This document shows, one piece after another, positions 39,001 to 51,421 of a stretch of DNA of 64,000 nucleotides. The DNA is taken from NCBI RefSeq assembly GCF_009834535.1, contig NC_045697.1, forward strand, positions 96,288,001-96,352,000, read 5' to 3'. The stretch's first letter is position 1. Each line of letters begins with the position of its first letter. The notes under the pieces were generated by a model. It made no database searches and was not told the origin of the DNA. It saw nothing but the letters and a program-made list of their open reading frames with translations. The translations under genes were made by a program, and so were the position numbers. The DNA is from Camelus ferus (taxonomy: Eukaryota).

Positions 39001-40505
39001 TTAATTTAAAAGGATAGAAATAATACAAAGAATGTTCTGTGACCACATGGAATGAAATTAGAAATCAATAACAGAAAGACATTTGGGAAACTCAAAAATA
39101 TGTTTAAGTTAAAGAACATGTTTCTAAATAACCAATAGGTCAAGAAGAAATAAAAAGGGAAATGAGAAAATATTTTGAGAGAAATGATGATATAATACAT
39201 GCAATCTTATGGGGTGCAGCTAAAGTCATAGTTAAAATTTACAGTTGTAAATTCTTATATTTAAAAAAAGAGGTTAATAATCTAATCTTTCACCTTAAGA
39301 AATTGGAAAAAGAAGAGCAAAATAAATCTAAGGCAAACAAAAAAGTGTTAAAAATTCATATGTTATATATATGTATATGTATGACTGAAACATTATGCTG
39401 TACACCAGAAATTGACACATTGTAACTGACTATACTTCAATAAAAAGTTGATATGAAAATTAATGAAATAGAGAATGGAATAAAGTAACAATAGAGAATG
39501 TTAATGAAAGTAAAAGCTAATTCTTTAAAAAGAAGAAAAAGTAACAATTCTTTAATTCTATTTGCTAAGGAAAAAAAGAGAAGATCAAAATTACTAGTAC
39601 CAGAAATGAAAGAGGAGACATTACTACTGTCCTTACAAAAAAAAAAAAAAAAGTTTATTATAAAGGAATATCATAAACAATAACATGTCAAAAATTAGGT
39701 AACATAGATATAATAGAAAACTGACTCAAGAAGAAATATATCATCTGAATAAACCTATTATAAGTAAAAGGATTGAATTGGTAATTACAAAAAAAGAAAA
39801 CCCACAAAGAAAAACTCAGACCCAGATGGCTTCACTCTTGTATTCTACCAAATATTTAAAGAATAAATACTAGTTATTCATAAACTCTTCTAGAAATACA
39901 AGAGGAAAACTTCCCAACTCATTCTATGAGGCCAGTGTTACCCTGATGCCTAACCAAACCAAGACATCAAATCAAAAAAACTCAAGAATCTAACAACATA
40001 TAATGAATTATACACCATGATTAATTGAGATTTATTCCAGGAATTCAAAGTGGATTCAGCATCTGAAAATCAGTTAATGCAGTACAGTGTATCTATACAT
40101 AGAAAAACATAATCTTTTCAGTAGGTGCAGAAAAAGCACTTAACAAAATACAGCAGCATTTCATGATAAAACAGTTACCAAATTAAGAATAAAAGGAAAT
40201 TTCCTCAACTTGATAAGAGGCATTTACTTAAAAAACTACATCTGGCATCATACATAATGGTTAAAGACTGGATGCTTTGCCCATAACATCAGAAACAAAA
40301 CAAAGATGTCCACTCTTGCCACTTTTATTCAACATTCTGCTGGAGATTCTAGACAGGGCAATTAGAAAAGAAATATAAGTAAAGATAGGATAAGAAGTAA
40401 AACTATTTGTATTCATAGATGACATGATTTTGTGTATCAAAAATCCTAAGGAATCCACTACAAAATTTTAGAACTAATAAACTTGGCAACTTAGCAGGAT
40501 ACAAC
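36010..40505 (+). mobile_element. Old long L1 (L1MB/MC-like): 5' region, ORF1 remnant, spacer and ORF2 EN to RT, 3'-truncated
   Basis: ORF1-like remnants (HKDFKVAIINMFK), EN remnants (SIMDRTARQKFNKEIKDLNNIISQLDLTDI) and RT-region DNA (TTCATAGATGACATGAT, the FADD-equivalent). Many stops and frameshifts. Confidence 0.93.
39363..39446 (+). mobile_element. Tiny younger L1 3'-end insertion inside the old L1
   Basis: TATGTATGACTGAAACATTATGCTGTACACCAGAAATTGACACATTGTAACTGACTATACTTCAATAAAAA. Degenerate TSD AAAAATTCATATG / AAAAAGTTGATATG. Confidence 0.85.
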
Positions 40506-41640
40506 AATTTTTCGTATTTTCTACATAAACAATCATGTCATCTGTGAACAAGGACAATTTTATGTCTTTCTTCCCAAATATGTACACTTCTTATCTCTTG
40601 TTCTTTTCTTATTGCATTAACAAAGACATTTGGTACAGTGTTGAAAAGGTGTGATGGGATGGGACATTTTTGCCTTGTACCTGATCTTAGTGGGAAAGTC
40701 TCAAGTTTCTCACCATTAGGTATGATGTTACTTGTAGATTATTTTTTTGTAGGTGGCTTTACCAAGTTGAGAAAGTTCTCCTCTGTACTTAATATACTCA
40801 GAGCTCTTATTATGTTGGATTTTGTCAAATGCTTATTCTACAACCATTAATATGGCCATATAATTTATCTTTTCTATTCTCTTGTTGTGATGATTTATAT
40901 TAACTGACTTTTGAATGTCCTACAAGCTTTGTGTATCTGGGTAAAACCCACTTGTCTGTGGTGTGTAATTCTTTTTAGACACTTTTTATTCAATTTTCTA
41001 ATTTTTTGTTAAAGATTTTTGCATTAAAGTTCATAGGAGATAATATTCTACAGATAAAATGTCTTTGTCTGGTTTTGGTATTATGGTTACACTGCCCTCA
41101 TAGAATGAGTTAGTAAGTATTCCTTCTGCTTCCAAACATCTGAATGAGATTAAAGAGAATTGGTATAATTTCTTCCTTAAATGTTTGGAAGAATTCGCCA
41201 GTGAACCCATCTGAGCCTTGTGCTTTCTGTTTTGGAAGGTTATGAATTATTGACCCAATTTTTAAATAGCTGTAGGTCTATTTGGATCATCTATTTCTTC
41301 CTGTGTGAATTATGGCAAATTTTATCTTTCAAGCATTTGGTCCAATTCATCTAGGTTATAAAATTTGTGGGCATAAAGTTGTTCATAGTACCATTTACTA
41401 TCCTTTTAATTTCTACAGGATCTATAGTCCCCTCTTTCATTTCTGATATTTGTAGTTTGTGTCCTCTCTCTTTTTTTCTTAGCCTAGCTAGAGCTTTATC
41501 AATTTTATTTAATTTTTTTTCAAAGAATAAGCTTTTGGTTTTGTAGATTTTTTTCTGTTGATTTCTTGTTTTCAATTTAATTGATTTCTGCTCTAATTAT
41601 TTCTTTTGTTCTGCTCACTTTGAATTTAATTTGTGCTTGC
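40506..41640 (-). mobile_element. Old L1 ORF2 fragment (L1MC-like) in antisense
   Basis: Minus-strand ORF MKTRNQQKKIYKTKSLFFEKKLNKIDKALARL. RT-region DNA reads TTGTTCACAGATGACATGATTG on the minus strand near 40530-40550. Confidence 0.93.
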
Positions 41641-43589
41641 ATTTTTAAAATGATGAGCAGGGATCAGAAATAGCAAGAATCAAACTAGTGGAAGAAACAA
41701 AACTATTTTTTGGTTATTAATTCAAGTAAGTCAACCATGCTTTGAAAAATTACAAACATGAAGCCCATATTAATCTAGAATAACAGATTTAACTTAGAGT
41801 TGAAAAAAATAATTTGAGGACAAAGTAAGAAAACATTTGTTGGGATAAATGCTTTGAGTTCCCCTTAGTACTTTGGGTACCTCATCATTTAAATAGCATA
41901 TGAGTTTTCGTTTTTTCCCAAAGGTTTTCAGTGTTATTTCTGTCCTAAAAGCCTTTATACAAGGGTCCTTCATTAGAGACATTTTTTACAGCCCTGCTGC
42001 CCAAAAAAACACTTTTGATCTTTATCTAAGAATCACTGACCTCAGAGCTTCGTACTTGGTTGTGTTGTACCTCTGTGCTCACCTAGATATAAAAGACTAG
42101 ATTTAAAATATGTATCTATTAAATATAAGACATAATACAAATGAATGGGACCACCTTCTTAAAATCAGTTATAGTCTTTTCCTATCGTGAATTTTTAATA
42201 GTATGTTATCTACATGCTATCATATACATTGTCCTGGTTTATATGTGTTTATTGTTATGAATTATAATCTCTCCTTTCTTGCTCTATTCTAAATCATCAT
42301 TTTATCTCATACAGTGTATATGACATTTGAATTCTAGCTACTGTGTGGGATTTACTTCCTTCTCATTAAAACATACAAACTTTTAGTTCTTATATCCAAC
42401 CAGGCAGTGTTTTCCTCCTATGAACATGCAGCCATTTTATAGTTTTTCTAACACCATCTGTGTTATTCTTATATGTAACTTTTTAATATACTTATCTTTT
42501 TTACAAGAGTTTATACTGAAGTCAGGAAAAACATACAGATGAAAAATATCTCTGTATTCCAGAGGACATTGCCTTATATATAGCACGTCCTGAATATACA
42601 TTTGATTAATAAAGTCATTAAAAAAAAACCGTCAGAAATATGTATCTTTATTATTTTCCCTATAATTACATTTTCAAGTGAACATCACTCTAACTTAGAA
42701 ATAAATTGGTAGGCCAGGATTCTAGTTTAGTATAAGCTGAAAATAAGAGTTCTGACTTTTAATTAGTTTAGTTTAGCTTATCAGTCTGAGAAATTGGTGA
42801 GCCTTTTTAACTGGACTCATTTTGTACTTTTTAAATTATTTTAATTATTGCAAAGCATCCAGGTGCAATATAGTAGTCATTTATAAATAAATAAATAAAA
42901 TTAAATAAAATACAAGATCATTATCATTATGTGTAATGTACTAATTACACAAAGCTCTATTCAGGCCAGATTTGATTACTGTGATTCTTCATTGCTATTT
43001 TCCTAGATTTAAAAGCCAAGCATTATTACAACCAATTTCTTTTAATTTTATGATGGACTCCTTTTATTTTACTCTTTCTCTCTGTTGCATGGGAAAAAGC
43101 AAAAAACTGTACTGTGAATAAAACTACATTTTTTCTCCTTTTCTGAGGTAATTAGGAGGCATCCTTGTTTGTCTTTAAATTTAAAATGTATAATTCAAAG
43201 TGTTTATGTAAAAATGAATGCCTGGTATTACGGTATCAGATATTGCATGCTAAAAGGCAGCTTGCGTGGGAGCACTATTACTTTGTATATGTAGCCCTGT
43301 TAGTTGTGTAAGTATAGAATGATGAAAACATTAAAATTTATAAAGGAGAAAAAATGCTAGAGTTTCGAAGGTGGAGATAACTAAATAGATGGAGTATCAG
43401 AGCCCAGAGTAAACAGTCCACAGAGGTTTTAAGTGGCTTTGCATCGGTCTATTTTGGAAGATCCAACGTGGATTAATAGTGGAAACTTAGTTAAGTCCTC
43501 AGGGTAGATTTAATACTGAGCTTATACAAATTTTGTATGACACTCTGAAAAATGTTGTTACTTTAAAAAAAAAAAGACAAAAACAATTG

Positions 43590-43812
43590 CTATTTATTTA
43601 CACTTACTGTATGATAGTTTTTACATTAGTTGATTTATATATACTATCATCTAGATCTCACAACAACCCTCTGGGTAGACATCAGCATCCCAGTTAGAGA
43701 AGAGGAAGCAGAAATATATATAGTTTAAAGCAATTTTCCAAGGTAATACTGAACATGCCAGAGCTTGGGTTTGAACCACAGCCACTTGACTACAAGCCTA
43801 ACTTCTCTCTAT
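43590..43812 (-). mobile_element. MIR SINE
   Basis: TCTCACAACAACCCT...AGAAGAGGAAGCAGA...CCAAGGT...CAGAGCTTGGGTTTGAACC. Confidence 0.75.
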
Positions 43813-44321
43813 GGAGCTACATAGAAAGGGGACGAAAAATTGTGGACTGAAAGTAGAATTCAAGATGACGTCTGTTTTAAGGATATCTGGCTGGAATCAG
43901 TCAGAAAAAAAAAAATAGGAATGGGGCATAGACTAAGGCATAAGACTAATTAGTTACCCTCACTTTTTAAGGCACATACCTATCTAAATCATGTAATGTA
44001 AAGACTGTGATATGAGACCAGATACAAATAGACTTCACCCTCTAATAATAACCAAAGAATAACCCAATGATCCAAATATGTTTAGAACCTTTTCAAAGAC
44101 ACACAGTATCACAACCATCAAACTTATTTTTCCTGAAGCCAAATGGAGGGCTAGTTTTCATCTGTAGAAAATAATTTAATACTATCATTGAAAAACATAA
44201 TTAATTTAAAGAGACAAATATTCCAATATTTTTCCTTGTTTTCAATTATTTCATTCAGGGATTTTGTCAGCAGCCCTATTATCCCTACTGTGTGAATAGT
44301 ACAATTTTAACTTGCTTTAAT

Positions 44322-44505
44322 ACTAATTACTATACATAAAATAGATAAACAACAAGATCCTACTGTTAGCACAGGGAACTATATTCAATATCTTATAATA
44401 ACCTATACTGAAAAAGAATATGAAAACATATGTATATATGTATAATTGAATCACTATGCTGTACACCAGAAATTAACACAACATTGTAACCTCATTTTTA
44501 AAAAC
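44322..44505 (+). mobile_element. L1 3' UTR fragment (artiodactyl-type)
   Basis: AAAATAGATAAACAACAAGATCCTACTG...GCACAGGGAACTATATTCAATATCTT...GAATCACTATGCTGTACACCAGAAA. Confidence 0.88.
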
Positions 44506-45239
44506 TAACCAATTAAAAGAGTTAGGGATAAAGAATTTTTTAATGTCACAGAAAAAATGAGGTCCTCCTAAGATTTGTATGTTTTAATCTTTTAATAGGG
44601 TGATTTGTACTTAAAATATTAAAGTATTTAAATTTCTTCTTTTAAATATAACATTACTGTTGATCTTACCTTCATGAATGAAAATCTTAACAGCAAATTA
44701 ACCATTATTTTCTCAAGTGTAGATGTTTCCCTCTTGTGAAAGACAAAAAAATCTAATGTTTGTTAGCAAATGCTAACTGAAAACATGTATATTTATCCAT
44801 ATGTTGCCATAGATTCTTTTGATGAAGGAGTCAAAAACAGATGCATCAATGAGAAATAACTTTCAGTCTTTGATGACAGATATTGAACCCTTGATATCAA
44901 CTGGTTCTGAAACATCTTGCATCAAAACTTTCTATTGGGTTAGGTTTGCACCAGGAATCCTGGGCAGTCAGCCACAGTTCCCAGTGAGGCCTGACAGAAC
45001 ACCCACAACCATCAGTTTTAGGTGTCTAGAATTATTATTGAAAACACTTTCTTGAAAATTGGCCTCAGGGGGAAGGAGGGTGGAGGGACTCTCTTTAGCA
45101 TGTATTTGAACTTACTGAAACTATTGGCTAATATGCCTTAATAAATAGATTTATTTTATTTACCCAAAGTTGTAGATAACTTTTATTATGTTAGAACTTT
45201 GCTGCTAACAAAGATTAAGGATAATTTATCCAGCAAATT

Positions 45240-46770
45240 TATCCAATGGTATTTACTGAGCACCTGCTATTTATGATAGTTGCTGGGGATACCATTGTCA
45301 AAAAGAGAGACAAGGTTTTTGTCCTTGTAGAGCTTACAGTCTAGTTATGGAGACATAGAAATTAATTACACAAGCATTTAGGCATAGGATTGCACATTCT
45401 GGAGTGGATGTGTAGGAAATGTGTGAAGGAAATGGACAATATTCTAGGAGATAGAACAGCAGCAACTATTTATTTTTTATTTTTTATATAATGTTTGAAG
45501 GTCACATTCCATTTACAGTTATTACAAAAATATTGGTTATAGTCCCCATGTTGAACAATACATCCTTGTTGTCAATCTTAAATCCAATAGTTTGTACCTC
45601 CCACTCCCCTATGCCTGTATTACCTCTCCTCCACACTGGTTACCACTTTTTGTTTTCTATATCTGTGAGCCTGCTTCTTTTGTTGTTGTTGTTATATTAA
45701 GCAATTTGTTGTATTTTTTAGATTCCACATATAAGTGATATTACATAGTATCTGTCTTTCTCTTTCTGACTTATTTCACTTAGCATAATGCCCTCCAAGT
45801 CCATCCATGTTGCTGCAAATAGTAAAATTTTGTTCTTTTTATGGCTGAGTAGTATTCCATCATATATATATATATCTCACATCTTCTTTACCTATTCATC
45901 TGTTGATGGACACTTAGGTTGCTTTCTTGTGCTTACCTTGACGATTGTAAATTTTGTTACTGTGAACATTGAGATGCATGTATCTTTCTGAATTAGTGTT
46001 TTTGGTTTCTTTGAATATATACTTAGGAGTGGAATTGCTGAGTCATGTGGTAGTTTTATTTTTGGTTTTTTGAGAAACCTCCATACCGTTTTTCACAATG
46101 GCTACATCAGTTTACGTTCTCACCAAAAGTGTTTTGAGGATTCCTTTTTCTCCACATCCTGGCCAACATTTGTTATTTCTGTTCTTTTTGATTATAGCCA
46201 TCCTGAGAGATGTGTGATAACAACTCATTGCGGTTTTGATTTTCATTTCCCTGATGATTGGCAATATTAGGCATCTTTTCATGTGCTTGTTGGCCATCTG
46301 CATTTCCTTTTTGGAAAAATGTCTATTCAGTTCTTCTGCTCATTTTTAATTATGTTGTTCATTTTTGTTTATGTTTATTTTTGTTGGCTATTAATTCCTT
46401 ATTGTTCATATCATTTGCAAATATCTTCTCCTGTTCAGGAGGTTGTCTTTTTCATTTTGTTGATGGTTTTCTTTGCTGTGCAAAACCTTTTAAGTTTAAT
46501 TAGGTCTCATTTGTTTATTTTTGCTTTTATTTCATTTACTTTAGGAGACAGCAGGAACTATTTTTAAGCAGGGATCTATAATCAGATCAGATTTACATTT
46601 CTGCAAGACTATTATGGCTACTGAATGAAGAGGATTGAAAACCAGCAGGAGTAACAATAAGGGACCAATAATAAAGCAAATGCAGAAGTGTAGGTAACAG
46701 ATGAACATCATTGGAATTAGTGTGGTGACAGGCAGTGAAAATAGAAGTGGATGGATAAGCTATCACTAAT
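45240..46770 (-). mobile_element. L2 remnant split by an L1 insertion (L2 parts ~45240-45455 and ~46565-46770)
   Basis: TATTTACTGAGCACCTGCTAT...GCTGGGGATAC...GAGCTTACAGTCTAG is the L2 3' end. It continues after the L1 with GATCAGATTTACATTT. Confidence 0.7.
45472..46547 (-). mobile_element. 5'-truncated L1 (ORF2 3' end + 3' UTR) with TSD
   Basis: Minus [15 protein letters not shown]...MAIIKK...NKCWPGCGEKG. 16-bp TSD ACAGCAGCAACTATTT (45456-45471) / ACAGCAGGAACTATTT (46548-46563), 1 mismatch. Confidence 0.95.
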
Positions 46771-47099
46771 GCTATAAAAATGAGGCCAGCCTATGAATTT
46801 AACCACAGGTAATAAATTTTAGTCTATAGGAAAAAAGTGAAATATAACAGTGTAGAAATCCAGTTTGGACAATAGTAAGTTATTACTAAGGACCTTGTGT
46901 GCCTAGAGCCATTTAGAATCCTGTGAGTGCTCTGTGTCATTGCAGACGCCAAGTTATATTCTATCTTGGCTTCTTATTAGAGTATTTTGTTTGAATTAAA
47001 GCTGTATACTCAGAGTTGGATACAAACCCCTACTAATTTATTGTTGATATACCACTCATAACTCTCCATGACAAATATATATTGAAATCTATCCTTTCC

Positions 47100-47870
47100 A
47101 TTTAACAGCATTCAGCAGTATTTTTAATCGCCCACAATTTTTCAGGCATTGTGCTCAATGATGATAAAGTGAAGATACACATTATTTTCATCTCTCTCTC
47201 TCTCTAATAGTAAAATCAAATTAATAAGCACTAACAATAAAATGTGATGTCCATATTTATTAGTCTGTAATGATACTTAATGGAGTAAAATACTTCAAGA
47301 TGATACAGGGGGAATGAAGAGATAGAAGGCATACAGAAGGCATGGCAAGTATGTGAAGTTGAAGGGAACCATGAAAACAAAAAGAAGTGATAATTTTCCA
47401 TGGAGAGATAATGCAATTTGCAAAGATTCTAGGTGGACAGATAAATAAGAACTGTTGGAATCACTGAAAGAGATTCAATGATGTCTGTAGCAAAATATGG
47501 CTATGAATAGGTGGTTGGGAGTGAGATGAAGATTTTAAGCAGTGAAAGGTAATATTTAGGTAGAGTTTAGTTCATTAGAAACCATAGTAGCCACGATGAA
47601 GGATTTGGACTTGATTCAAAATAGAAAAGAATACTACTGAAATATTTCAGGTAGAAATAGCAGTACTTGCATTTTATAAATATAACTGAGGCTCTAATGA
47701 TGATAACGGACATTAAGAGAATCAAAAAATGGATTCATTGCAACTGGTTAAGAGGCTATTGAAAAATAACAGGCAAAAGGTGGTTGATGTTGTCTGTTAG
47801 GATTGCAAAGTTGGATGATGTTTAAAAATACTTAAAATAAAATCAATAAGCCTTGGTGACAGTTTGAAGG
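47100..47870 (-). mobile_element. L2 remnant
   Basis: CATTCAGCAGTATTTT...CAGGCATTGTGCT start followed by purine-rich L2-like text (GGATTTGGACTTGATTC, TTAAGAGGCTATTG). Confidence 0.6.
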
Positions 47871-48534
47871 CTTGGGTTATCTGGGCTGTTGGGAGAGGAG
47901 AGAGCAACTCCCAGTCAAATGTACTCTACAATTTCTGCTGTCCATTCTCTGATGAAGACGTGGATATAACAGTGGGCTTGCTTTGTTGGGAAGAAATAAC
48001 ATGAAGAAACTTGTTGTATGTTAAACACCCGAAGTGTAACTATTCTATACCCATATGAAGGATACAATTTAGGCAGAATCAGACCTAATGGACTACAAAA
48101 ATTACTCTTTTCAGCACACCAAATACTGGCTGACTCTCCCAAATATTAACTGGCCCTTTCCAAATGTTCCTGTCTGAAAACGTTTTTCCTTCATATTGAA
48201 AAAATTGGTCAGCAAAATATATGGTCTTTATAGGATGTTCACAACAAGAAAGAAAAAATATCAAGGAAGTGAGAGCAAAAAAGACTACTGATAAACACTG
48301 AGGACAAATGGTAAAATGTCGTTTTCCATACTCTGGCAATTATGCAGATCATAAGCAGGTCTCAAAAGCCGATTACATTTAACTGCAAAATAAATTAGAG
48401 AAAGCTAAATAGGTCAGCATTATTAATCTATCATCTGTTCAGGTTCACGAAGTGACAAAGTTGAAAAGTTGAAACTAAATTGTTAAATTCTAAGTCTTAA
48501 AAGAGTAATTAATTAACAATATTAAGATTCTTGT

Positions 48535-48572
48535 TTCTTTACTGAGTAAAGAATTCTTTACTGAGTAAAAAA
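48535..48572. repeat. Tandem duplication of a 19-bp quasi-palindrome
   Basis: TTCTTTACT-G-AGTAAAGAA followed by TTCTTTACTGAGTAAAAAA. Confidence 0.9.
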
Positions 48573-49939
48573 ATGGCATTAAGAAGTCATTTGTTTCTTT
48601 TGCTTATTAATTCTCTAAAACATACCACAAGATGAGCACATAAAATCTGTAAAATATAGAATGAAAAACAAGTAACGCTAAGTATATTTAGTTTCAAACT
48701 TCTTGTCCTAGATATTTGTGTGTTTAGGCTTCTGGTGTAAACCAGAAGGATATGGAAACCAGGGCTTAGCAAGTGGTGGCACAGAAATCAAAGGAAGGAA
48801 ATGATGTAGGAATCATAGAAAAGTTGTAAAAAAAAAAAAATTCTCTAGAGCAAGCAGAAGAATTTGCCTAAAATCTATACCTTTAAGTGGAGCTAGGAAA
48901 ATCAAATCTTGCTGGAGGGAACACCAGATAAGCGACAGATTTAAACTTCAAGATGCAACAAATACACCATAAAGCATGTTAAAAGCATTTTTTTTTAGTT
49001 CAGGTAGGTGCTGGAACCACTAAAAAATGTTGGTTCAATATATTCTTTGTGTTTAGAAAGTTGAAAGAAGAGATATATTATTTAGAGTAAGGTATTTACA
49101 TGCTCTTTTAATTGAAGAATGAGTAGCATCAATGGATAGAGTGCAGAACAATTTAGTCTCATCTTTAACCTTCACAATTATTTGCAGTTATTCTGAAGAG
49201 GTTACTTATTATCTTATACCTAGAACTTTACTCTTCTCTCCATAAAGAAGACCTCTTGCTTTCAGTCAACAGCTGGTCCAGTGTTCTGCTTCTTACATAC
49301 CTCTGGGATGTTTGTTGTATGATATTGACACAGATGAAGTCAAGCTTATGATCTAAACTAATATTCTACTTTGTCTATTAGTGGTATTGATGTATAGGTG
49401 CAGATACTACTTAGTGTGTTTTTAGGATTGTCATGCATTTGAAAACACTTAGAATGTACTAGCATAATGGTAACCATATGGCAAGAATTAGCTAGTCCTT
49501 TTCACCTCTAGATTCATATTCATATTCATTGAAGTGAATTATCTACAATGTCCTCAATTAGTTTAACAAGGTCAATTACTTTAGATTTCCCTCATTAGAA
49601 CTTACCCCTGGTCAATTTATTCATTTTTTGGTTTTTTTTTTCCAGTGTAACTGAGATCTCTGTTATGACTACCATAGATTCTGTGCAGATAGTTTGCCAA
49701 ACTCCAAATTTTCCGTACAGTTTATTAAACATAATAAGCTGCAAATAGACTACCAGAGCTCACTTTTTCTCTTCTATGAGGAGAATGGAAAAAAGATAAT
49801 TAATGAAATTAAATATACAGCTTTGCCTACATCGTGGATAGCACCAACCAATTTTTTTATGACATAGTACATAATTCCCTCCTTGAATAAGGGATTATAT
49901 ACAAAATTTAGAGTTATTGGCCTAGTGACATCCTTCTGT

Positions 49940-50720
49940 GTTCCTTGCAGTGAACATTTAATTTCAATGGTGAAATATAATTTTTGGCACAGAGTTAAGC
50001 AATCATTTCTTCATGTTGTATTTAATGATTTCTCCTTTCCCCACAGGTTTGAAATGCCGATTCTGACAGAAACTGTCCATTTATTTATTTCGGGACTGCC
50101 TTTTTTCTTTCATTGCTTCATTAATCTGGTCTTCTGTGAATAAACTAATCTCTCAACTATTATCACTTTAGAATTAGTCCCTTTTTGACTTTAATGTGTT
50201 GCACAAGTCCATTTCACCCCCCAGCTCATTTCTTGTCAATATTATCTTAGCCATTCTTATTTCTTTGAATGTCCATTTCAATTTTTGCTTATCAAATAAT
50301 AAGAGAAAAGAAAAACTTACAGCCATTAGATTGGATTGCTTACTAATTATTTTCTCATCTTATCATAGAGTCTGTGCCCTGCTAATCAGTGCTGATTCAG
50401 TGGTGTTCATAAATAATGTCATCTTTTCCCCTCCCCCTAAAAAAATCTTCCTATGTTCACCATTACATAAGATTTGATAATTATTATAGGTAGCACTTAT
50501 CTGACTAAAGAATTTACCTTTTATTCTTCATTTTCTAGGAATTTTAATCAGCAGTGAATGTTGTAATTTATCAAATGTATCAAATACCTGTTCCTAATTT
50601 AATTAGATAATGCTAAGTATATTTCTCTTCATCTTCTAATGTGATTTATTATGTTTAGTTATTTTGTAATGTCAAATGACCCCAGCCTTATCTGAGATAA
50701 ACCCACCTTGCTCATAACAT
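49940..50720 (-). mobile_element. Degraded old L1 (L1ME-like) ORF2 fragment
   Basis: TTTCCCCACAGGTTTGAAATGCC, TTCTTAGCCATTCTT, GAATGTTGTAATTTTATCAAATG and GATAAACCCACCTTGCTCAT are antisense L1 words. Confidence 0.6.
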
Positions 50721-51421
50721 AGATGGTCATAAAGTAATTGATCATGATCATGTTTATGAATATTTCTCACTCTTCTATATAGACCAAATAAACTAGAATA
50801 AATAAACCAAAAAAACTTCCACAGCAAAGTTGGATAGAAAATTATGGTCGTGAACTTGAAACCACTGATTGCCTACATGACATGTGTGGTGTCTGCAGCA
50901 ATGCAGGAGAAAGGAAAAGGAAAGCAACTGTTTGTAATGCTGTTACGTACTGTAGAACCACATATTTGAAAGTGCATTGGAACAATCTGAAAATAGCATC
51001 TGCTCTATTAGAACCAAATTTTCAAGTCAGAGAACAATGATATGGTAAAATCTAAGTGTATTGGAGCACTTCATACACATAAGCTCCAAAAATTAACAAT
51101 TTAAGCTCCCCTTCAAGTAAAAGTCTTGCCATCTGGGTGAAACTGGAGAAAAACCCAAATTGTACAGGACAGTCATAGTACAGTGAAGAGAAGAGAAGAT
51201 TCAGATAAAAGCAAGGGAAAGAAATACAGAAAGCAGTTAAAAAGTATGATTTTTTTCCTATTATTTTTCTGAACCCAACAGTTCGTAAAACTCTAGAACC
51301 CTGATTCTAGAAACACTTATCCTAACTCACTCTCCTAAAAGTATAGGGAAACTCAGTGCTCGTGAGAAATTAGCAACTGAAAAGGACTGCAATCAAATCC
51401 CATACAAAGCATTTAGAGGAT

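Noticed and set aside
44819..45055. 78-aa ORF
   Set aside because: No recognisable domain and weak splice context.
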